Positions 30,431 to 38,210 of a stretch of 50,032 nt of DNA are shown here, in pieces. The stretch lies in contig CAMHCD010000001.1 in the NCBI GenBank assembly GCA_946183545.1, positions 1 to 50,032 on the forward strand, in the 5' to 3' direction. Made by a program: the position numbers and the translations under genes. The stretch comes from an uncultured Clostridia bacterium. Lineage in GTDB: Bacteria; Bacillota; Clostridia; Oscillospirales; Acutalibacteraceae. The notes under the pieces were generated by a model. That model was not told the DNA's origin. It made no database searches and worked only from the letters and a program-made list of their open reading frames with translations. How positions within the stretch are numbered: the stretch's first letter is position 1; each line of letters starts with the position of its first letter.

Positions 30431-31497
30431 CAAGCGACACCATAACAATTTTTGTTACGGTTTACAACATAGCGCCCTATTTGGATCGCTTCTTTAAAAA
30501 TCTGCGCCGCCAAACGGTACGTGATTATGAGGTGCTTATCGTGGACGACGGCTCCACCGACAACAGCCTTGAGATCTGCCGCCGCCACGCCGCGAACGAT
30601 CCCCGTATCCGCGTGCTGACCACCAGGCATATCGGCATATCCGCCGCGCGGAACATGGCGTTCAAATACATCTTTACCGATCTGGTGACCTCGCTGGACG
30701 GCGACGATTGTTTTGACGAAAACTATTTGAAGCATCTTTTGGACGCTTATAAAAAATACAACGCGGATCTGGTTATTTCCAATGTCATTTACCGCTACGA
30801 AAACGACGAGGAATTTGACCGCTTCAGTCCTCGCAAGGAGGAGCTCATCGAAAAGGCGCGGTTTGGCGAGGAACTGCCGAAACTGCTGACCGAGCGGCGG
30901 CTCAACTACCTGTACGCAAAGCTGTACAGGCTTAAATACTTAAAAACTCTGCACGTCCAGGAGGACGTTATGCAGGGCAGCGATACGATGCTCAACAGTC
31001 AGTATGTTACCAAGATCAACAGCATCGCCGTCATCGAGGACTACGATTACAACTACATAAAATATACAAAACGCTCCGTTACTTCCTACAACGGCGATCA
31101 TGTTTTTAAGCGGCTTTACCGCATCAATAACTATGTATACAAAACCATGGAAGAAGCAGGAATGTTGAACGGCGCCATGCTGCACGCTATTGACGGAAGG
31201 ATCTTGCATTCCGGCTTGCTGGCATTGCGCAACATCGCAAAGCTCAACGAACCACTGCATCAAAAAATGCACAAAGCGGAACAGATTATCCGGAGTGAAG
31301 AATACGGACGCTCCTACAGGAGGCAGGCAAAGCTCGGCAAGCTCGGCGAATATCACTTTACCGTTATAGAACCGGGAAAGGAACGCGAGTATGTAAGAGA
31401 CCTTTGCCAAAAAATACGTTTCAACAAACGCTACGAATCCGTAAAAAGCAATATGCCCGATTGGATTCTTGAAACTTGGCGTAAGATCAAACAATAA
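30427..31497 (+). CDS. Glycosyltransferase family 2
   Basis: VYNIAPYL, VDDGSTD, GISAARN, LDGDD, YAKLYR. Confidence 0.88.
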   Translation: MTSDTITIFVTVYNIAPYLDRFFKNLRRQTVRDYEVLIVDDGSTDNSLEICRRHAANDPRIRVLTTRHIGISAARNMAFKYIFTDLVTSLDGDDCFDENYLKHLLDAYKKYNADLVISNVIYRYENDEEFDRFSPRKEELIEKARFGEELPKLLTERRLNYLYAKLYRLKYLKTLHVQEDVMQGSDTMLNSQYVTKINSIAVIEDYDYNYIKYTKRSVTSYNGDHVFKRLYRINNYVYKTMEEAGMLNGAMLHAIDGRILHSGLLALRNIAKLNEPLHQKMHKAEQIIRSEEYGRSYRRQAKLGKLGEYHFTVIEPGKEREYVRDLCQKIRFNKRYESVKSNMPDWILETWRKIKQ

Positions 31498-31516
31498 CAG
31501 TGAAGGGACGATCTGC

Positions 31517-32590
31517 ATGAAACAGCATAAACTGACGGTCGTTATGACCGCTTACAACATTGCACCGCAACTCCCCCGTTTTTTTGAATGTATGCGCAAA
31601 CAAACCTTTTCCGATTACTGTCTGCTTGTAGTGGACGATGGCTCCGCGGACGATTCTCTTGCCGTATGCCGTGAGCATGCCGCCAAGGACGACCGCATAA
31701 AGGTGGTAGCTAGTGAGCATCTCGGTATTCCGGCAATCAAGAATCTGGCTCTAAGCTATCTTGACACTCCGCTGACCGCATTTGCGGACGGCGACGACTA
31801 CTTTGAACCCGACTATTTAAAGCATCTGGTTGAGGCGCTTGAACGGAACAACGCCGACTTGGCTATCTCCCGCGTGGTATACCACCACGAAAACGACCCA
31901 AAGCCGTTTTTGACTCAGGCTGCCTACGGTGAGACCGTGGTGACCGAGCCTGAGTTTTTGGAAAAATTCCCCATGCTTCTGCGTGACAGACGGTTCAACT
32001 ATGTGTATGCCAAGGCTTACCGCACCGAGCTGCTAAAGGACGTCCACATCGACGACGAGATGATACAGGGCGAGGACACCGTTATGGTGCTTCGCTATAT
32101 GAAAAACGTCAAATCCATCGTGCTGATCGACGACGAGGACTATCACTACGTCAAGTACACCTCGCGCTCCGTCACCTCCTACAAGGGAATGGACTCGTAC
32201 AAGCGAATGATCATCCTTAACAAATTCCTGTATACGTACTTCCGGGAGCAGGGGTGGCTGACCGAAGAAATGCTCTTTGTTATTGACGGACGCATGCTGA
32301 TTTCGGGCAACTGGGCGGTAGAAAACATTATAAAAGCCACCGCCCCGAAAAAAGAAAAAATCGCGTGTCTAAATGACATATTCAATAACGAATATTATAA
32401 GCGTGCATATGAACGTCAAAAGGATAATCTTGACAAGCTGACGTTCCGCTATATTCCTCCGCAGGACGGTATAGAATACTATAATAAGAGGATCAGCGAG
32501 GAAAAACACGAAAAAATGCATGCGGCACTGCGTGAAAAAGCTCCCTCCTTCATTATAAAAAGCTATGATAAATTGAGGGGCAACAATTAG
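31517..32590 (+). CDS. Glycosyltransferase family 2 (paralog of the preceding gene)
   Basis: AYNIAPQL, VDDGSAD, ADGDDY, YAKAYR, QGED; ATG 31517 after GAAGGGA. Confidence 0.88.
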   Translation: MKQHKLTVVMTAYNIAPQLPRFFECMRKQTFSDYCLLVVDDGSADDSLAVCREHAAKDDRIKVVASEHLGIPAIKNLALSYLDTPLTAFADGDDYFEPDYLKHLVEALERNNADLAISRVVYHHENDPKPFLTQAAYGETVVTEPEFLEKFPMLLRDRRFNYVYAKAYRTELLKDVHIDDEMIQGEDTVMVLRYMKNVKSIVLIDDEDYHYVKYTSRSVTSYKGMDSYKRMIILNKFLYTYFREQGWLTEEMLFVIDGRMLISGNWAVENIIKATAPKKEKIACLNDIFNNEYYKRAYERQKDNLDKLTFRYIPPQDGIEYYNKRISEEKHEKMHAALREKAPSFIIKSYDKLRGNN

Positions 32591-32601
32591 AGGAGATTAT
32601 T

Positions 32602-33444
32602 ATGGCAAAAAAATGGACGGCAATCATCGAGCCAAAACACAGGCTGATCGACTTAAAGCTAAAAGAAGTTTGGCAATACCGCGACTTGGTTTGGCTTTTT
32701 GTCAAACGCGACTTTACAACCAGATACAAGCAAACTGTTCTGGGACCCTTATGGTTCATCATTCAGCCGCTGCTGCTTACCGTGGCGCAAACCTTCATAT
32801 TCGGTAACATAGCGGGACTGTCCACAGACGGTCTGCCGCAGTTCCTGTTTTACATGGCGGGCAATGTGCCGTGGCTGTACTTCTCCACCTGTTTGACAAG
32901 CACCTCGAACACCTTTACCACCAACGCAAAAATATTCGGTAAAATTTACTTTCCGAGGTTGACGACTCCGATCTCAACCGCTATATCATCACTGATAAAC
33001 TTTATCATCCAATTTGCGATGTTTGTTATCTTTACGATCATATATATGATCATGGGCGACAACGTTCACATCACCTGGCTTGCCCTGCTTACACCGCTGT
33101 TTGTTTTGGAGCTTGCCGCTTTGGGCATGGGCTTCGGCATAATCATCTCCTCGCTGACCACCAAATACCGCGACCTGCAGGTACTTGTCAGCTTCGGCGT
33201 TCTGGTGTGGATGTATTTGTCACCCGTAATCATCTCGGGTTCTTCACTCTCCCCCACCGTCTACAACCTGATGATGCTCAACCCTGTTTCCCCGGTTATT
33301 GAGCTGATGCGCTACGCATGGCTGGGCTCCGGCACGACTCCGTTCGGTTTTTGGGGCATTAGCTGGATCGTTACTTTCGTAGTATTGTTAATAGGCGTTA
33401 TCCTATTTAACAAGGTAGAAAAAACCTTTATGGACACGGTATGA
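32602..33444 (+). CDS. wzm: Polysaccharide ABC exporter permease (Wzm/TagG)
   Basis: YRDLVWLFVKRDF..RYKQTVLGPLW, KIYFPR, YRDL, LNP motifs; six TM segments. Confidence 0.9.
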   Translation: MAKKWTAIIEPKHRLIDLKLKEVWQYRDLVWLFVKRDFTTRYKQTVLGPLWFIIQPLLLTVAQTFIFGNIAGLSTDGLPQFLFYMAGNVPWLYFSTCLTSTSNTFTTNAKIFGKIYFPRLTTPISTAISSLINFIIQFAMFVIFTIIYMIMGDNVHITWLALLTPLFVLELAALGMGFGIIISSLTTKYRDLQVLVSFGVLVWMYLSPVIISGSSLSPTVYNLMMLNPVSPVIELMRYAWLGSGTTPFGFWGISWIVTFVVLLIGVILFNKVEKTFMDTV

Positions 33445-33455
33445 TAGGTGAAATC

Positions 33456-34733
33456 ATGGACGAAAAAGATATTGCAGTCAAAATTATAGATTTAAAAAAG
33501 CGCTACCGTCTGGGCGTTATCGGCGGCGGCACCCTTCAGGGTGATATTCAAAGCTGGCTGGCGCGTCTGCGCGGTAAGGACGACCCCAACTCTAAGCTGG
33601 GCTCCAAGGCTGTGTCATCCAACGAGACCTTTTTGGCTCTGGACGGGATCAACCTGACGATCCGCAAGGGTGAAAGGCTGGGCATTATCGGTCACAACGG
33701 AGCCGGCAAATCCACCTTGCTCAAAATATTCTCGCGCGTTACCGCTCCAACCGAAGGCAAGATATATATCGACGGCAGAGTATCCTCCATGCTGGAGGTC
33801 GGCACCGGATTTCACGAGGAGCTTACCGGCAGAGAGAACATATATCTTAACGGCGCCATCCTGGGCATGAACCGCTCGGAGGTAGATTCCAAAATAGATC
33901 AGATCATTGAGTTTTCGGAATGCGCCAAGTTTATTGATACCCCCGTCAAGCGCTATTCCTCGGGCATGTACGTTAAGCTCGCGTTTGCGGTAGCGGCGCA
34001 CCTCGACGCGGATATCCTCGTTATGGACGAGGTACTTGCGGTCGGCGACATGAAGTTCCAGCAAAAGTGTTTGGGCAAAATGAGCGACGTATCGCAGGAG
34101 GAAGGCAAGACCGTACTGTACGTCAGCCACAATATGAACACCATCCGCCAGCTGTGTGACCGCTGCATCGTGCTTGATCACGGCAAGCTTGTATATGACG
34201 GCGAGGTTGAGGACGCGATCGCGCTGTACGCCGACATCCGCCGCGGCGATAAATCGTCGCGCGTTGACCTGCGCGACGCAAAGCGTTACCGCAGCGTTGC
34301 CACTATGCGCGACCTGTCGTTCACCTCCATTTCCTTCCCCGACAAGGAGATCAACGAGTTTACCGATGACGAGACCGTTCGTGCCGTGGTGGAGATAGAG
34401 TCTGATATCGACATCCCACAGGCAAGACTGCGCTTCGGCTTCTTTGATATGTACGACCGCAAGATAGCCTCGTGCGTTTGTCCCGACGCGGGCGCCGTAA
34501 AAAAAGGCAGCAACACAGTACAGCTCAATATCAGCTTTAAGGGCTTGGTGTCCGGCACCTACCGCGCGGAGATGATCGCCTTTTCCTCCAACGAATTCGG
34601 CACGGTAAAGGAACACGACATTATCACCGAAGGTTTCTTCTTTGATGTTACAGCCAAGGGCTCAGATTTTGAATGGAACGCCCTTCGCTGGGGCTCCGTT
34701 CGCCTGCCCGATATGGAAAAAACTCAATTTTAA
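33456..34733 (+). CDS. wzt: Polysaccharide ABC exporter ATPase with C-terminal Wzt_C-like domain (Wzt/TagH)
   Basis: GHNGAGKST, ELTGRENI, YSSGM signature, MDEVLAVGD, VSH; ~150-aa beta-rich C-terminal extension; alternative start 33441. Confidence 0.9.
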   Translation: MDEKDIAVKIIDLKKRYRLGVIGGGTLQGDIQSWLARLRGKDDPNSKLGSKAVSSNETFLALDGINLTIRKGERLGIIGHNGAGKSTLLKIFSRVTAPTEGKIYIDGRVSSMLEVGTGFHEELTGRENIYLNGAILGMNRSEVDSKIDQIIEFSECAKFIDTPVKRYSSGMYVKLAFAVAAHLDADILVMDEVLAVGDMKFQQKCLGKMSDVSQEEGKTVLYVSHNMNTIRQLCDRCIVLDHGKLVYDGEVEDAIALYADIRRGDKSSRVDLRDAKRYRSVATMRDLSFTSISFPDKEINEFTDDETVRAVVEIESDIDIPQARLRFGFFDMYDRKIASCVCPDAGAVKKGSNTVQLNISFKGLVSGTYRAEMIAFSSNEFGTVKEHDIITEGFFFDVTAKGSDFEWNALRWGSVRLPDMEKTQF

Positions 34734-34747
34734 ATATTCCGAAATAT

Positions 34748-34825
34748 TTGGTCGTACAAACAGAATGACGCTCCGGAAATCAAAACTCCGCTATATCTTG
34801 TGTGTCACACTGTCTGCACGACCAA
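34748..34825. other. Long imperfect inverted repeat between wzt and the next operon
   Basis: TTGGTCGTACAAACAG (34748-34763) vs CTGTCTGCACGACCAA (34810-34825): 14/16 Watson-Crick; the 2 mismatches are G-U pairs on the minus strand. Confidence 0.55.
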
Positions 34826-34869
34826 CATTTTCTATTGCACATTTTTATTCTCTTAACAAAAAAAGTTAT

Positions 34870-34898
34870 TTGACAAATAGCATAAAAAATTGTATAAT
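34870..34898 (+). promoter_or_regulatory. Sigma-A promoter of the MotA-EAL/MotB-SpaA/co-polymerase operon
   Basis: TTGACA (34870-34875), 17 nt, TATAAT (34893-34898): perfect consensus. Confidence 0.85.
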
Positions 34899-35016
34899 AT
34901 AAGGTAATTAATTTACATATATTCTTCGTTTTCAGAAAAAAGAAACGTATTTTTATTGTTTGTTTTATGCTATTATGTAGCTATTCATCCCACCCAAAGG
35001 GAAGTCAGGAGGAGTA

Positions 35017-36543
35017 ATGAGAAAAGTCATAATCGCAATCAGTGTGTTCTTTTTGGCTGTCTGCACCTTGCTGACGGTTTCCTCTCCCGATTATCTTTCG
35101 ATGCTGATCATTGCCTTTATGAGCGTTATCATCGCGGCAGGTATGTTCTTCGGCATCATCCCCAACCTGCTGTTCTGCGGCGGCATGAAGTCAGCTCAGG
35201 AAAACATCGACCGGGTCAGTGAAGTAAACGCCGACAATATCTGGACGGCGGTTGCAAGTGTTACTCCGTTTTTTAAGCAAAAAAAGCTTGACAATATGTT
35301 TGAATCCTACCTTGAGATCGTGCGCGACCAAGAGGAAAAAGGCGTTGTTATAAGCGATATCGAAGACACCATCAACGAAGAAAGCCTGGCTATCCAAAGC
35401 TGGCGCGGCGTTGTGTTACAGATATCCGGTATTTTGACAGCGCTCGGTCTGTTGGGTACATTTTTAGGTCTGGTAACAGGTATCAGTCAGGTAGCGTTCA
35501 GCTCTGCCGACGCTACCATCGACAGTATCGAAAACCTTCTGCGCGGTATCGCTACGGCGTTCTACACCTCTATAGCGGGTGTAATTTTGTCGATCATTTT
35601 CAACATAGCCTACCGTCTGGTATGGAATATCATGCTGCGCGAAACTCAGGTATTTATTGAAAAATTCCATGTGTTTATCCAGCCATCTGCCGAAGAACAG
35701 ATCCGCGCCAAGCAGTACCTGAACACCGAAAAGATGATCGAAGCTCTTAACGTACTGCGCAACAACAGTAACATCAACCTCAACCGCGACGCTACCGATC
35801 CCGCTCAGGAGCAGCGTATGATGATCGATATCCTGTCCGGTCTTAACAAGGGCGAATTCACTTTCCGGATCCAGCCCGTATGCAGTCTTGCCAACCGCGC
35901 CGTAATAAAGGCAAACACCAGTTTGCAGTGGAACCACCCTGTTTTGGGCACGGTGCAGCCCTCGGTATACATGCCTATCGTAGAAGCGGACGGCTTTATA
36001 GCCAAGCTTGACCAGTATGTTTGGGATAAGATCTGCCTGACCCAGCGCGAATGGCTGGACAACGGCGCTCATCCCGTACCCGTCATCCTCAACATCCGCA
36101 AAACAGATCTGTTGGCGCTTGATGTATTTGACTGTATCACATCTCTGGCTGAGGAGATGGAGCTTGAGCCGCGCTATCTGGAGATAGCTATCGACGAATC
36201 CGCCTACATCATCTGCCACGACGAGGCGCATAAGGCGGAGAAGCAGTTTATCCAAAGCGGTTACAAGGTATCCATCAACAACTTCAGCGGCAATCTGGTT
36301 AAGCTGGGCACGGTCAAGGCTGACGAGATATGTCTTAACATGGGCTCGCTAAAGGACGAAACCGAAGCGGAAAGCATATTTACGCAGGCGGTCAAGGCAC
36401 ATATCAACATGACCTGCGACGGCATTACCTCCGCAAAAATGCTCGCTGACCTAAAACGATACGGCTGTATGGAAGGCCGCGGTTCTCATCTGTACGGCGA
36501 AATGAGCCGGACTGAATTTGAAGAACTGATGAAGTACAATTAA
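35017..36543 (+). CDS. MotA/TolQ/ExbB (ZorA-like) ion-channel subunit fused to a degenerate EAL domain
   Basis: Two N-terminal TM segments, then GILTALGLLGTFLGL (aa 138-152) and GIATAFYTSIAGVILSI (aa 177-193), typical of the channel helices; from ~aa 270 an EAL fold (GEFTFRIQP, WNHPVLG, P..YMPIVE..GFI..LDQYV) lacking EAL and DDFG motifs; AGGAG RBS. Confidence 0.8.
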   Translation: MRKVIIAISVFFLAVCTLLTVSSPDYLSMLIIAFMSVIIAAGMFFGIIPNLLFCGGMKSAQENIDRVSEVNADNIWTAVASVTPFFKQKKLDNMFESYLEIVRDQEEKGVVISDIEDTINEESLAIQSWRGVVLQISGILTALGLLGTFLGLVTGISQVAFSSADATIDSIENLLRGIATAFYTSIAGVILSIIFNIAYRLVWNIMLRETQVFIEKFHVFIQPSAEEQIRAKQYLNTEKMIEALNVLRNNSNINLNRDATDPAQEQRMMIDILSGLNKGEFTFRIQPVCSLANRAVIKANTSLQWNHPVLGTVQPSVYMPIVEADGFIAKLDQYVWDKICLTQREWLDNGAHPVPVILNIRKTDLLALDVFDCITSLAEEMELEPRYLEIAIDESAYIICHDEAHKAEKQFIQSGYKVSINNFSGNLVKLGTVKADEICLNMGSLKDETEAESIFTQAVKAHINMTCDGITSAKMLADLKRYGCMEGRGSHLYGEMSRTEFEELMKYN

Positions 36544-36605
36544 CTACCACCTTTTCACCGTGCAAAAGCTACGGTATTCCCGATCCCAGAAAAAGGAGGT
36601 GCCTA

Positions 36606-38210
36606 ATGAGAAGAAATAAAAAACGAAACTTCGGTGAAGAAGGGTATTGGAAATCGTTTACCGATATGATGGCAGGTCTGTTGCTGATCATCCTGCTTAT
36701 CATGATGCTGTTGATGCTCTATTTAACGCAGGCAAACACCGATAAGAACGATCACACCGCGGACCACGACAGTTATTACGATTTTGCCAATCCCGAAATG
36801 ACCACCTACGATATCAGGACCGATAATAACAAAGCGCAGTATACCCAGCCTCCAAAGCAGTCAAAATCCGGCGGAGGCGGAGGCGAGGACGACCCGGGCG
36901 AGGAAACGCCCAAGGACGTATCTCCCGAGGAAGGACACGACAAAACCGCCGTGCTGGTTACCGTTGTTGACGAAGAAACCGGCAACGTTATCAAAAAGGA
37001 AGGCACGCTCTTTGAGCTTTACGCAGACAAAAAGGGAGCGGGCGGTTTGCAGACGCTGCACACCTATTATCCTAAAAAAGTAGAATACAAGCAGTACAAA
37101 ACCACCACAAACGGCACGTTTTATCTGCCTGAAAAAATAACGCGGGGATGGTATTCTCTGCACAACCTGACTCCGCCGCCGGGCTACGGCACCGCGGAAG
37201 ACTTTGATTTCCAGATAACCGAGTCGCTTGACTGGCCGGAACCTTACCGCGTCAAGGTTCCGTTCTCGCCCAGTAAAAACAGGATATATGTATCCAATAT
37301 CGACGCGGAAACAAATAAGCAGATAGGAGGTCAGACCTATACGGTCTATGCCTCGGAGGATATTGTAACGCTTGACGGCACCGTCCGATACAAGGAAGGC
37401 GCAAAGGTCGATGAATTCAAGTGCGACGAAAACGGCAACGGCAAAAGCAAAAAGCTGTATTTAGGCAAATACTATCTGGTACAGAAAACCGCCGCAAAGT
37501 ATTACGCGCGCTACACTTCTCAAATCGACGTTGAGATAAAACTGTCGGATTCCGAAAAACAATCGGTCGAAGTCAAGTGTGAAAAAACTCAAATCCATTT
37601 GAACCTTACCGACGAATACACCAAGGCTGCCATCAAGGGCGCTGTATACACGGTAACCGACAAGCCGAACGCAACTACCAACAACAGCGGTAATATTTTC
37701 ATTACCGACCTTGACAAAAACAAAACCTATACTCTAACGCTTACCAGTGTTCCTGAGCCCTACCGCATTTCTACCGACAAGGTAACGTTCAGCGTTGACA
37801 GGGACGGTAACATTCAGGGCAAAGCACAAGTCACCTCAGCACAGACCGCGTATGTGATCCGTCTGAGTGTTGACGCAAAGGATATAATCTTTAAAAACAG
37901 CATTTCGGGCACAACGCTGCAGCTGTATGACGAACACGAAAAGCTTGTAGAGGAATGGGAAGCTGTAGGCGAAGCCAACACCATCGAGGGTCTTGAGCCC
38001 GGCTCCTACTTCTTTGAGGTCGGCGAGGACAAAAACACACGAATACGTGTCCACGTAAAGGATACTGCCAAGCTGCAAAAGGCAGAAACCCAGGTTTGGA
38101 CACTGTGGGATACTATCATGACCGTCGCGTTTGTCCTGCTTACGACGATTATCGTTTTCGTATCCATCCGTCTGGTACGTTTCAGAAAGAGGAAGAAAGC
38201 GAATGGATAG
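36606..38210 (+). CDS. MotB/ZorB-type membrane-anchor protein with four SpaA/CnaB-like Ig repeats and a C-terminal TM anchor
   Basis: Basic N-terminus then YWKSFTDMMAGLLLIILLIMML (conserved Asp20); low-complexity linker; repeats such as YASEDIVTLDGTVRYKEG..VDEFKCDENG..KSKKLYLGKYYLVQ; C-terminal hydrophobic helix plus RFRKRKK; AAAGGAGG RBS. Confidence 0.78.
   Translation: MRRNKKRNFGEEGYWKSFTDMMAGLLLIILLIMMLLMLYLTQANTDKNDHTADHDSYYDFANPEMTTYDIRTDNNKAQYTQPPKQSKSGGGGGEDDPGEETPKDVSPEEGHDKTAVLVTVVDEETGNVIKKEGTLFELYADKKGAGGLQTLHTYYPKKVEYKQYKTTTNGTFYLPEKITRGWYSLHNLTPPPGYGTAEDFDFQITESLDWPEPYRVKVPFSPSKNRIYVSNIDAETNKQIGGQTYTVYASEDIVTLDGTVRYKEGAKVDEFKCDENGNGKSKKLYLGKYYLVQKTAAKYYARYTSQIDVEIKLSDSEKQSVEVKCEKTQIHLNLTDEYTKAAIKGAVYTVTDKPNATTNNSGNIFITDLDKNKTYTLTLTSVPEPYRISTDKVTFSVDRDGNIQGKAQVTSAQTAYVIRLSVDAKDIIFKNSISGTTLQLYDEHEKLVEEWEAVGEANTIEGLEPGSYFFEVGEDKNTRIRVHVKDTAKLQKAETQVWTLWDTIMTVAFVLLTTIIVFVSIRLVRFRKRKKANG

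Noticed and set aside
34956-35222. 88-aa ORF overlapping the start of the MotA-EAL gene
   Set aside because: TTG start without an RBS, and out of frame over a gene that has a clear AGGAG RBS
35017-38210. Calling the pair flagellar motAB or a canonical Zorya defence system
   Set aside because: No flagellar genes or ZorC/D/E nearby, no OmpA-like domain in the B subunit, and no long coiled-coil tail in the A subunit; only the channel motifs are shared
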